Part shown: positions 36,009 through 43,716 of the stretch, piece after piece
Layout: each line of letters begins with the position of its first letter
How positions within the stretch are numbered: position 1 is the stretch's first letter
Origin: an uncultured Bacteroidales bacterium
GTDB taxonomy: Bacteria > Bacteroidota > Bacteroidia > Bacteroidales > VadinHA17
Reading direction: 5' to 3'
NCBI GenBank assembly: GCA_963736735.1
Contig: CAVTPX010000008.1
Location: 62,183-126,182 of the forward strand
DNA: 64,000 nucleotides
Program-made: the position numbers and the translations under genes
Notes under the pieces: model-generated
What the model was told of the DNA's origin: nothing
The model's input: the letters and a program-made list of their open reading frames with translations, nothing else
Databases searched by the model: none

Positions 36009-36037
36009 AGAACCCCGAAGGGGTGACATTATGATAG
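36009..36037 (+). repeat. GGAACCCCGAAGGGG hairpin module, copy c (28-nt perfect direct repeat of copy b)
   Basis: agaaccccgaaggggtgacattatgatag. It directly abuts the LysE-gene terminator. Confidence 0.9.
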
Positions 36038-36071
36038 CAAAAGCCCCGTCCGCCAATTGGCGGATCGGGGC
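36037..36071 (-). terminator. Rho-independent terminator after the LysE-family gene
   Basis: Minus strand reads gccccgatccgcc-aatt-ggcggacggggc followed by ttttg. 12-bp stem with one bulge, about 120 nt downstream of the stop at 36194. Confidence 0.7.
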
Positions 36072-36193
36072 AGCCATGAAAAGAATGAAAATTTGCTTTT
36101 GGACAGTAAAAGCACAGTAAAATTAACATTTTTAAGTACCGAAAACAAGAAAAACCGGCGATTTTACACTCACCGCAAGCAGAAATGGAATAA

Positions 36194-36841
36194 TTAGTAT
36201 CTGACAGATATGAAAAGGGTTAGCAGCACCATTATGCCAATTATAATGATGAAAGCACCTGTAAAACGTGTCAGAACAACAATATTCCTCAGTCTCATGG
36301 TACGGCTGAAACGGCTTACAGTATAGCTGAATGCCAGCCACCACGCCGATGCACCGGTGAAAATGCCTGTGACAATTATCAACGGGATCAGGTACCATGG
36401 ACCCGTGAAACTGACATTCATACCCGGAAACATAGCAAGAAATATAAATATCGAAAAGGGATTTGTCAGCGCAAGACCGAATACCGAAAAGAAATCCTGA
36501 GCCGGCGTGCCCTGAATGTCATCACGGGCTCTTCTGCGGATATCCCCAACAGGATTCGACAGGAAAAGCTTCAGTCCTATCGAGGCCACAAGCACACCTG
36601 CAATAAGCTTAATCCAGAAAGCCTCTTCATTTATAAAGCCAATAATGAATGAAAATCCGAGTCCCGCAATGATTGCAAAAATTGTATCAGCAGCCGCAAC
36701 CCCCATGCCTGTCATGAATCCGGAAAAATGTCCCTTGCGAAGGGTTCGGTTAATCATAAGCATTGCATTGGGTCCAGGAGGTGCAGAAACACTCAGGCCC
36801 ATTATGAAACTCTTAAAAAACAGCAACAATGCCGGAAACAT
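36194..36841 (-). CDS. LysE/RhtB-family amino-acid exporter
   Basis: 215 aa, ~6 TM helices, N-terminal GLSVSAPPGPNAMLMINRTLRKG is characteristic of LysE-type translocators. Confidence 0.8.
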   Translation of the reverse strand: MFPALLLFFKSFIMGLSVSAPPGPNAMLMINRTLRKGHFSGFMTGMGVAAADTIFAIIAGLGFSFIIGFINEEAFWIKLIAGVLVASIGLKLFLSNPVGDIRRRARDDIQGTPAQDFFSVFGLALTNPFSIFIFLAMFPGMNVSFTGPWYLIPLIIVTGIFTGASAWWLAFSYTVSRFSRTMRLRNIVVLTRFTGAFIIIIGIMVLLTLFISVRY

Positions 36842-36864
36842 ATACTTACTCCCCTTAAGGTGGG

Positions 36865-36872
36865 CAAATATA
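36865..36872 (-). promoter_or_regulatory. Candidate -7 box (TATATTTG) for the LysE-family gene
   Basis: Plus-strand caaatata is an exact TAnnTTTG on the minus strand, 24 nt upstream of ATG 36841. Confidence 0.3.
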
Positions 36873-36882
36873 ATAAATTATA

Positions 36883-36890
36883 TATTTTTG
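36883..36890 (+). promoter_or_regulatory. Candidate -7 box TATTTTTG for the EamA-family gene
   Basis: Exact TAnnTTTG, 11 nt upstream of ATG 36901. This implies a very short or absent leader. Confidence 0.25.
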
Positions 36891-36900
36891 GCCTGCACTT

Positions 36901-37812
36901 ATGAAAAGATCCGGAGAAACACTCTATGCTTCCATTCTTGCACTCCTTGCACTTACCTGGGGCTCATCGTATTTTCTCATGCGCGAAGCACTTGAATCGT
37001 TTACCCCGGTTCAGGTAGCAGGATTCAGGATTTTTTTTACCTGGCTCTGCTTTCTTCCCATCGCATTGAGAAACATGAAATACATTACCCGCAAGAATCT
37101 CAAAAGCTTCCTCATTATCGGCGTGCTGGGTAATGCGATCCCCAACTTTCTGTTTCCGTTTGCCCAGACCCGTATTGAAAGTTCCCTTGCCGGAATGCTG
37201 AATTCGCTCTCGCCGGTTTTTACACTTATTGTGGGCGCGCTCTTTTACTCGCGCAAAATAAGGCCGCTACAGACTGCAGGAGTTGCACTTGGTCTTCTGG
37301 GAGCACTCGGGCTCCTCTACCAGGGATCTTTAAACTTTAATTTCTACGGCCTCTTCGTGATTCTGGCTACCCTCCTTTACGGCATAAGTGCAAACGAAAT
37401 AGGGACACTGAAAGGCATAAGCGGATTCGGAATCATGTCACTAGCATTCTTTTTTATAGGTCCCATTGCAGGCGTAGTGCTTGCATTCTCAGACCTCCCC
37501 TCGTCATTCAGATCCGAAGGATGGCAGATCAACCTTGCCGGCATTGTACTGCTGGCTGTGGCAGGTACCTTCCTTGCCAACAGTCTCTATTCCTACCTGA
37601 TCGTACGCAAGTCGCCCATGTATGCAGTCTCTGTGACATATCTCAGTCCCGTTGTTTCCACCGGCTGGGGATTCTTCCTGCATGAGTCAGTCAGAGTGTC
37701 AATGATAATCTCAATCACTGTGATACTCGCAGGAGTCTACATTATTACACGTGCCGGAAATAAAAACCAGAAAAACAAGGTGCTGAAAGAAGATCATGCA
37801 ACCTCTGCATAA
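36901..37812 (+). CDS. EamA/DMT-superfamily transporter
   Basis: 303 aa, ~10 TM helices in two homologous halves (two EamA domains). Confidence 0.8.
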   Translation: MKRSGETLYASILALLALTWGSSYFLMREALESFTPVQVAGFRIFFTWLCFLPIALRNMKYITRKNLKSFLIIGVLGNAIPNFLFPFAQTRIESSLAGMLNSLSPVFTLIVGALFYSRKIRPLQTAGVALGLLGALGLLYQGSLNFNFYGLFVILATLLYGISANEIGTLKGISGFGIMSLAFFFIGPIAGVVLAFSDLPSSFRSEGWQINLAGIVLLAVAGTFLANSLYSYLIVRKSPMYAVSVTYLSPVVSTGWGFFLHESVRVSMIISITVILAGVYIITRAGNKNQKNKVLKEDHATSA

Positions 37813-37817
37813 TTTTG
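37810..37817 (+). promoter_or_regulatory. Candidate -7 box TAATTTTG for the ECF sigma operon
   Basis: Exact TAnnTTTG, overlapping the EamA stop codon and 29 nt upstream of the sigma-factor start at 37846. Confidence 0.3.
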
Positions 37818-37845
37818 TTGTCTGTTTTAGATATTGAACTGAGAT

Positions 37846-38400
37846 TTGAGCAACCCGGATTTTCATATTCACGACTCACTCATAGGCGAGTGCCGGAGGG
37901 GCAGCAGAAAAGCCCAGTTCAGGATATATGAACTCTATTCAAAAGCCATGTTCAATGCTGCTTACCGCATTGTGAACAGCAGAGAGGAGGCTGAGGATGT
38001 ACTCCAGGAGGCATTCACCGACTGCTTCAGGAACATCAGCACATTCAGGTCTGATTCCACTTTCGGTGCATGGCTGAAGACAATTGTTATAAACAAATGC
38101 ATAAACAGGTTACGTAAAAGGGAAGCTGACCTGTTATACATTGACGACTACAAAGTATTCGAAAGGCCTGAAGAGGAACCCCCTCCGCCGGTGTGGCCCG
38201 ACACTGCCACAATAGCCAGGGCCGTGGAAAAACTGCCTGACGGCTACAGGGTCGTATTAAGCCTTTACCTCCTTGAAGGGTATGACCACGCCGAGATTTC
38301 CCAGATAATGAATATCTCGGAGTCGACTTCAAAGACACAGTACCTCAGGGCAAAAGATAAACTCAGAAAAATACTTCAAACAATTCAGAGAGATGGATGA
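37846..38400 (+). CDS. ECF-type RNA polymerase sigma-70 factor
   Basis: TTG start. Region 2 is EEAEDVLQEAFTDCFRNISTFRSDSTFGAWLKTIVINKCIN. Region 4 is LPDGYRVVLSLYLLEGYDHAEISQIMNISESTSKTQYLRAK. Confidence 0.9.
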   Translation: MSNPDFHIHDSLIGECRRGSRKAQFRIYELYSKAMFNAAYRIVNSREEAEDVLQEAFTDCFRNISTFRSDSTFGAWLKTIVINKCINRLRKREADLLYIDDYKVFERPEEEPPPPVWPDTATIARAVEKLPDGYRVVLSLYLLEGYDHAEISQIMNISESTSKTQYLRAKDKLRKILQTIQRDG

Positions 38401-38917
38401 GCTGGAGAAACAGATAAGGAACAACAGGGATGCGATGGATATCCACGATCCTGATCCCAGAGTGTGGGACAGGATAGAGTCACAGCTACCCCGTAAACAC
38501 AGGACTTCGGTACCGCAAATATGGAAGGCGGCAGCGGCGGTAATTGTTGCCGTGGCTTCACTGACCCTCATACTGAAAATGACAGGCACACCAGGCACCC
38601 GTGACAATTCTGCACAAACCATTGTAAGGGAGACAGAACAGTATTACAACAGTCTGTTAGCCTCGCTTTACAGCGAAGCTGAACCACTGCTGACTGCTAA
38701 TCCCGTTATCAGAACCGAACTGGAGGCAGGAATGAGTGAACTCGATACAATCTCGATGAGCATTAAGGAAGACCTTAAAGATAATGTTGCCACCGGCGAA
38801 GTGATAGAAGCACTTATCCGGAACTACAGGCTGAGGATCGAGCTTCTCGAAGACATGCTCAGCTTAATGAACGAGAAAAATTCTGACATTGAAAGAACCG
38901 GAGAATATGAATTATAA
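38393..38917 (+). CDS. Putative anti-sigma factor (single-pass membrane protein)
   Basis: 174 aa. ATGA-type overlap with the sigma gene. One TM helix (AAAAVIVAVASLTLIL) and a helical C-terminal domain. Confidence 0.6.
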   Translation: MDELEKQIRNNRDAMDIHDPDPRVWDRIESQLPRKHRTSVPQIWKAAAAVIVAVASLTLILKMTGTPGTRDNSAQTIVRETEQYYNSLLASLYSEAEPLLTANPVIRTELEAGMSELDTISMSIKEDLKDNVATGEVIEALIRNYRLRIELLEDMLSLMNEKNSDIERTGEYEL

Positions 38918-39998
38918 AATATATATGACGGCAGCGCTGCTCATTTGCAGCATTGTGACTGTAAGTGGTCAGCAGACCACCAGCAGCAGGACTTATATGA
39001 AGTCGTTCCGGGTCGGTGATGGTCCTACTCTCGACGTATCCAATAAATACGGAAACATACACATCACGCATGCCGGAAATGATTCGATCTCGATCAGGGT
39101 CGAGGTGACAGCATCTTCGGGAAATGAATCCAGGCTTGAGGGAATGATGGGTGACGTCGAAATAAGTATGACAATGACCAATCGGACCGTGCGGGCGCAA
39201 ACTGTCTTCGGCAAGAGTGTGAATACAGTCCTCGAAACTTTCAAGGGACTGACCAAGAACATAATAAACTATGATTCCAGAATTCAGGTAGATTACTTCA
39301 TCGAATGTCCTCCTTCAACGTTACTCAGACTGTCGAACAGTTACGGCGACGTGTATTTAGGTGAGGTTACGGAAGAACTTACAATGACTCTCTCGAACGG
39401 ATCATTTGATGCAGACGCAATAAAAAATGCTGTCTCTCTTGATATGACATTCTGTAAGGCTGACATCGGGTCAGTTGACAAGGGCAGGGTCTCGGTTTCA
39501 TTTGGTGAACTCAGAGTAAAAAGGGCCGGGAATGTCTCTGTTACTGCAAGATCATCAAAGGTGCGCCTGGAGAATGCCGTGGCAATAAATCTTGATTCGA
39601 AGCGTGATGTTTTCAATATCGGAACCGCAGCTACAGTAACAGGTACCACCTATTTCTCAGATATCAGTGCCGAAAAACTGACCGGTGAGTTAAGCCTTGT
39701 GACAAAGTATGGAAATATTTCATTTGAGGATGTTTCAGCCGAATTTTCACTTATCGATATCAACTCGTCATATGCAGATGTTGACCTGTCAATGGATGCG
39801 GGGGCATCGTACAGCCTCGAGATAAGGCATACAAATGCCTTTGTCTCGCTTCCCGGTGTCTCCCCGGAGCCCGAAAAGACTGAAATCAGTGCCGAGAACA
39901 AAGTTTTTCTCACCACCGGAAAAACAGGGTCATCTCCTGAGAGGGCGCGCATAAGAATTGAGGCAGTAAAGGGTGAAATTCGCCTTCTTCAGAAATAA
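38907..39998 (+). CDS. DUF4097-like beta-strand-repeat (putative adhesin-fold) protein
   Basis: MNYKIYMTAALLICSIVTVSGQQ signal peptide. Repeated NxYGDV/YGNI...-type strands (SNKYGNIHI, SNSYGDVYL, TKYGNISF, SSYADVDL). Start set at the ATG at 38907. Confidence 0.65.
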   Translation: MNYKIYMTAALLICSIVTVSGQQTTSSRTYMKSFRVGDGPTLDVSNKYGNIHITHAGNDSISIRVEVTASSGNESRLEGMMGDVEISMTMTNRTVRAQTVFGKSVNTVLETFKGLTKNIINYDSRIQVDYFIECPPSTLLRLSNSYGDVYLGEVTEELTMTLSNGSFDADAIKNAVSLDMTFCKADIGSVDKGRVSVSFGELRVKRAGNVSVTARSSKVRLENAVAINLDSKRDVFNIGTAATVTGTTYFSDISAEKLTGELSLVTKYGNISFEDVSAEFSLIDINSSYADVDLSMDAGASYSLEIRHTNAFVSLPGVSPEPEKTEISAENKVFLTTGKTGSSPERARIRIEAVKGEIRLLQK

Positions 39999-40063
39999 TT
40001 TTATTCCAGATGCAACTCAAAGGCATGTCGGTTGTCTATTATTAAGTAACTAAAAAGACTTTT

Positions 40064-40843
40064 ATGAGAACACATGTATTAATACTTTTGGCAGTATTGA
40101 CAGGCATAGCCTCATCTTGCATAATGATCGGCAACTGCATAGATGGTAACGGTGATACTACAACCGAGGAGAGGACAGTGGCCACTTTCACTTCGGTCTC
40201 CAACGAGACCTCCTTCGAGGTGATCTACAGGCGAAGTGATGTTGTTTCAGTGACAGTTGAAGCTGAGAGCAATATCATTCCCTACATAGAGACCGACGTT
40301 CACAGCGGATCGCTCGAAGTAAGGACAACCAGGGGAACACGGTGCATTGATTATACCGTAAAACCGGTAATTGTTGTCACTGCGCCCTTTGTAGACGAAC
40401 TTGTCAATGCCGGATCAGGCGATATAGTAGCCGGACCTCTGGAAGGCGAGGAGGTGCGGTTAATAGTCAGCGGATCAGGTGATATAGTGACAGGATCTGT
40501 CTCATGCACCTCTTCCACCCTGATAATCTCCGGGTCGGGTGAACTGAAGACGGGGGCAATGGAGACTGATGACATTAAAGTAACTATGTCAGGTTCAGGG
40601 AATCTGGAGACAAGGGGCAACACTCTCACTGCAAGGTACGTTCTTTCAGGTTCAGGAATTCTTTTCGCTGAAAACATGGTTACCGATGATGCCAATGTTA
40701 CAATCTCGGGGTCAGGATCAGTGTATACAACCGTTTTACAGTCACTTGATGCGGTGCTCAGTGGCAGCGGAAACATATATCTTTACGGAGATCCTGATGT
40801 AAGCGTCTCCCGTACTGGATCAGGAAAGGTCATCAACCTTTAA
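40064..40843 (+). CDS. DUF2807 / head GIN-domain protein (lipoprotein)
   Basis: 259 aa. LTGIASSC lipobox. Seven or more repeats of the SGSGDIV/SGSGEL/SGSGNL/SGSGSV motif typical of DUF2807. Confidence 0.7.
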   Translation: MRTHVLILLAVLTGIASSCIMIGNCIDGNGDTTTEERTVATFTSVSNETSFEVIYRRSDVVSVTVEAESNIIPYIETDVHSGSLEVRTTRGTRCIDYTVKPVIVVTAPFVDELVNAGSGDIVAGPLEGEEVRLIVSGSGDIVTGSVSCTSSTLIISGSGELKTGAMETDDIKVTMSGSGNLETRGNTLTARYVLSGSGILFAENMVTDDANVTISGSGSVYTTVLQSLDAVLSGSGNIYLYGDPDVSVSRTGSGKVINL

Positions 40844-40879
40844 AAAAAAAGCCCCGTCGAACTGCCGGGGCTTTTTTTT
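40842..40879. terminator. Bidirectional rho-independent terminator between convergent genes
   Basis: aaaaaaaaa-gccccg-tcgaactgc-cggggc-tttttttt. A-tract and T-tract flank a 6-bp GC stem. Confidence 0.85.
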
Positions 40880-40882
40880 ATT

Positions 40883-42439
40883 TCATGATAGATCTATCTC
40901 GTTTCCCTGCCTGTCAAAGAAACGGAATTCAAGGAAGTGATACGAAAGACTTCCCCTGACCTTGATGCTTACCTTATATTTTTTGTCGATTTTGCCTATG
41001 AGCGAGAAGAATCCCTCGTTGAGGTAGGCAGCTACGAAGGGGTGAACCATCAGAAGGAGCTTACGGGTCTTTACCCGTTCGAGTATCTGTACCAGATGAC
41101 GTTCAATGTCATCGGTAAGGAGCACTGTGGGACCGATTTTGCCTTCACCGCGGCAGACCGGGCACTTTTCGTCAGTGCTGATGCTCATCTCCGGCCTGAC
41201 CCGCTGCCGGGTGATCTGCATAAGACCAAACTTACTGAGAGGAAGAATGTTGTGCTTAGCCCTGTCTTCAGCCATCAGGTCTTTCATCTTGTCAAACAGG
41301 ATCTGCCTGTTTTCATTCGACTGCAGGTCAATGAAGTCGATTACTATTATCCCGCCCATATCCCTGAGGCGCAGCTGCCTGGCTATTTCGCGGGCAGCCT
41401 CCATGTTTACCGAGAGGGCATTGGCTTCCTGGTCATTACCTGTCTTCGACCTGTTACCGCTGTTTACATCGACCACATGAAGCGCCTCAGTATGCTCGAT
41501 AATAAGATATGATCCTCCCTTAAACGAAATAGTCCGGCCAAACAAGCCCTTGATCTGCCTGCTTACACCGAAGTGATCGAAAATGGGAATCTGATCCTTG
41601 TATACCTTTACGATCTTTTCCTTATCGGACGCAATTTCTCTCAGATAACTGCGAAGGTCGTCAGCCATCACCTCGTCATCGGTAACAATATTGCTGAAAT
41701 CGGGATTAAGAATATCCCTCAGGATGGTTGTTGTGCGGTTCCTCTCTCCCACCAGCAATTTCGGTGTCTTCGTCTCCTTGTGGATTGTGAGGAGCGCTGT
41801 CTCCCACCTGCTCACAAGTTCCTTGAGTTCCACGTCAAGCACAGCAACCTTCTTTCCTTCTGCAACCGTGCGGACAATCACTCCGTAGTTCTTCGGCTTG
41901 ATGCTCTGAATGAGGAGCTTCAAACGGTTCCGTTCGTCGGCATTCTCAATCTTCGAGGAGACCGAGACCTTGTCAGAAAAAGGCATAAGAACCAGGTTGC
42001 GTCCGGCAATTGACACTTCCGAGGCCAGCCTGGGCCCTTTGGTTGAGATGGGTTCCTTGGTTATCTGTACAATTACTGTCTGACCGGTGGTCAGAACATC
42101 GGAAATCTTTCCATCCTTGTCAATGTCAGGCTCCGGTTTGAACTTCGAAACCGGAGTCAGTTTGCCCTTGTTCTGCGTTGCCAGACTGTAATAACGGTGG
42201 AGAGTCTTAAACTGTGCCCCGAGGTCCAGATAGTGAAGAAAGGCATCTTTCTCAAATCCAACATTTATGAACGCTGCGTTCAATCCCGGCATTATCTTCT
42301 TTACCTTGCCGAGATAAATATCACCTACCGAAAACTGTACGTTACGCTTCTCCTTATTCAGTTCAACAAGCTGCTTCTCTTCAAGTAACGCTATAGATAT
42401 CTCAGAATCACTTACACTGATTATTAAATCCTTACTCAC
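40883..42439 (-). CDS. rng: Ribonuclease E/G family protein
   Basis: 518 aa. N-terminal S1 domain (GDIYLGKVKKIMPGLNAAFINVG), IVQITKEPISTKGPRL, TEALHVVDVNSG, GGIIVIDFID, Zn-link CPVCRGEG. Confidence 0.92.
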   Translation of the reverse strand: MSKDLIISVSDSEISIALLEEKQLVELNKEKRNVQFSVGDIYLGKVKKIMPGLNAAFINVGFEKDAFLHYLDLGAQFKTLHRYYSLATQNKGKLTPVSKFKPEPDIDKDGKISDVLTTGQTVIVQITKEPISTKGPRLASEVSIAGRNLVLMPFSDKVSVSSKIENADERNRLKLLIQSIKPKNYGVIVRTVAEGKKVAVLDVELKELVSRWETALLTIHKETKTPKLLVGERNRTTTILRDILNPDFSNIVTDDEVMADDLRSYLREIASDKEKIVKVYKDQIPIFDHFGVSRQIKGLFGRTISFKGGSYLIIEHTEALHVVDVNSGNRSKTGNDQEANALSVNMEAAREIARQLRLRDMGGIIVIDFIDLQSNENRQILFDKMKDLMAEDRAKHNILPLSKFGLMQITRQRVRPEMSISTDEKCPVCRGEGKIGPTVLLTDDIERHLVQILERVKTRKLLLMVHPFVAAYLNEGFFSLIGKIDKKYKVSIKVRGSLSYHFLEFRFFDRQGNEIDLS

Positions 42440-42487
42440 ATTCCGGAATTTATAATATTTTGGCTAAAGCCTGTCTAAAATGCAACT

Positions 42488-42515
42488 AACCTAAAGACTC
42501 CCAGGACTTTAGGTT
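42488..42515 (-). terminator. Putative terminator hairpin after the hup / mini-ORF pair
   Basis: Minus strand reads aacctaaag-tcctgggagt-ctttaggtt (9-bp stem) followed by agttgcatttta. The U-tract is weak. Confidence 0.45.
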
Positions 42516-42545
42516 AGATTCAGATGTTCAGACTATGCATTACTG

Positions 42546-42638
42546 CTATTTCTTCTTCTTATGCCTGTCTTTCCGCAAACGCTTCTTGCGTTTGTGGGTA
42601 GCCATCTTATGCCTCTTTCTCTTTTTTCCGCTTGGCAT
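42546..42638 (-). CDS. 30-aa extremely basic mini-protein (bS22-like / AURKAIP1-COX24-like ribosomal-protein candidate)
   Basis: Hand-translated as MPSGKKRKRHKMATHKRKKRLRKDRHKKKK* (21 of 30 residues are K/R/H). The ATG is 5 nt downstream of the hup stop, on the same strand. It is below the 60-aa cut-off of the ORF track. Confidence 0.6.
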   Translation of the reverse strand: MPSGKKRKRHKMATHKRKKRLRKDRHKKKK

Positions 42639-42643
42639 GTTAC

Positions 42644-42931
42644 TTATTTCTTAGCGTGTGATTTAACTTTTGTAATGAATGTTTTGGCAGGTTTGAATGC
42701 CGGAATGTTATGGGCAGGAATGATGATGGTTGTATTCTTTGAAATGTTCCTGGCTGTTTTCTTAGCGCGTTTCTTAACAATAAAACTGCCGAAACCCCTG
42801 AGGTATACATTGTTTCCGGTTACCATTGAGTCTTTTACTGATTCCATAAAAGCTTCAACAGTTTTCTGTACTGTTACTTTTTCAATTCCAGTGTTCTTGG
42901 CAATTTCATTAACGATGTCTGCTTTTGTCAT
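42644..42931 (-). CDS. hup: HU-family DNA-binding protein
   Basis: 95 aa. MTKADIVNEIAKNTG...LRGFGSFIVKKRAKKTARNISKNTTIIIPAHNIPAFKPAK. Confidence 0.93.
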   Translation of the reverse strand: MTKADIVNEIAKNTGIEKVTVQKTVEAFMESVKDSMVTGNNVYLRGFGSFIVKKRAKKTARNISKNTTIIIPAHNIPAFKPAKTFITKVKSHAKK

Positions 42932-42986
42932 TTTGCATGAATTTTAAATTCAACAAATTATTTTGTATTCTGTTTTTTCAATGGTG

Positions 42987-42994
42987 CAAATATA
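42987..42994 (-). promoter_or_regulatory. Candidate -7 box (TATATTTG) for hup
   Basis: Plus-strand caaatata is an exact TAnnTTTG on the minus strand, 56 nt upstream of ATG 42931. Confidence 0.3.
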
Positions 42995-43217
42995 AAATAT
43001 TATTTCTCAAATATGGCTGACAATATATTTTTTTAACTCCGAATAAGCTGATTTTTTGATAACTATAAATTTTCAGGTACAATATGAGCCCGTAAAAGTT
43101 ATGATTATGCCCCTTTCTATGCTTTGACCTTCAGGTTCTGTGAATAAGTCCTTATCCCCTTTCAACGGTTTTTTTTATAACTTTACATCCGGCACAAAAC
43201 ATCAAAACCAACATAAT

Positions 43218-43697
43218 ATGTCATTCAATAAAGTAATACTGGTCGGAAATGTGGGCAAAGACCCCGAGATCAGACGATTCGAAAATAATATAAAAGCTTC
43301 ATTTTCTCTCGCCACCAGTGAAACATATACCCCCAAGGGCGGGGATAAGGTCACACAGACCGAATGGCATAACATAGTAGCCTGGAGAAGGCTTGCGGAA
43401 CTGTCAGAGAATTATATCCGTAAAGGATCACAGATACTTATTGAGGGGAAGCTTCGCTACCGTTCCTATGATGACAAGGATGGCAACAAGCGATATATAG
43501 TTGAAGTTGAAGCGGAGGTAATACAGCTTCTGGGTCGTAAATCCGATGGTACGGGTACCCAGCCATCAGGCAGCCAGCCGGCGCAGAACAATACAGGCGG
43601 TTACACTGCACCGCAGAGTCAGAGTCAATCCATGCCTGACACTAACCCGGGTGAGGACCTTTCTGCACGTGAGGGTGTTGACGACCTCCCGTTTTAG
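43218..43697 (+). CDS. ssb: Single-stranded DNA-binding protein
   Basis: MSFNKVILVGNVGKDPEIRRF...TEWHNIVAWRRLAE..., Gly/Gln/Pro-rich linker, acidic tail DDLPF. Start set at the internal ATG at 43218. Confidence 0.93.
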   Translation: MSFNKVILVGNVGKDPEIRRFENNIKASFSLATSETYTPKGGDKVTQTEWHNIVAWRRLAELSENYIRKGSQILIEGKLRYRSYDDKDGNKRYIVEVEAEVIQLLGRKSDGTGTQPSGSQPAQNNTGGYTAPQSQSQSMPDTNPGEDLSAREGVDDLPF

Positions 43698-43716
43698 TTA
43701 AATAAATTCCGGGCCA

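Larger units (their letters stand above)
35520..36037 (+). repeat. Composite intergenic repeat locus: G-rich degenerate heptamer arrays interleaved with two kinds of hairpin module (three ~148-bp macro-units)
   Basis: Read directly from the sequence; sub-features are listed below. The plus strand is strongly G-rich. All six reading frames stay open only because the repeat unit lacks stop codons. Confidence 0.9.

Noticed and set aside
35520-36037. Possible CRISPR array (regularly spaced ~25-55-nt repeats)
   Set aside because: The intervals between the repeated modules are not unique spacers. They are themselves tandem heptamers. The module copies are few (2 and 3-4) and differ in length. There are no cas genes or leader-like AT-rich region anywhere in the window.
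35504-36077. Seven overlapping ORFs of 64-158 aa on both strands (translations such as HAPCSMLHAPCPMLHAPC... or GAWSMEHGAWGME...)
   Set aside because: They are translations of the heptamer arrays. The unit contains no stop codon in any frame, so every frame stays open. The unit length (7, with irregular 6- and 8-nt units) is not a multiple of 3, so no consistent peptide repeat is maintained. The ORFs overlap each other completely and there is no sensible start context. They are treated as non-coding repeat DNA.
42561-42947. 128-aa plus-strand ORF with hydrophobic segments
   Set aside because: It is antisense to hup and to the basic mini-ORF, and both of those have much stronger coding signatures. 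The apparent TM character comes from reading the Lys-rich codons (AAG/AAA) backwards as Phe/Leu.
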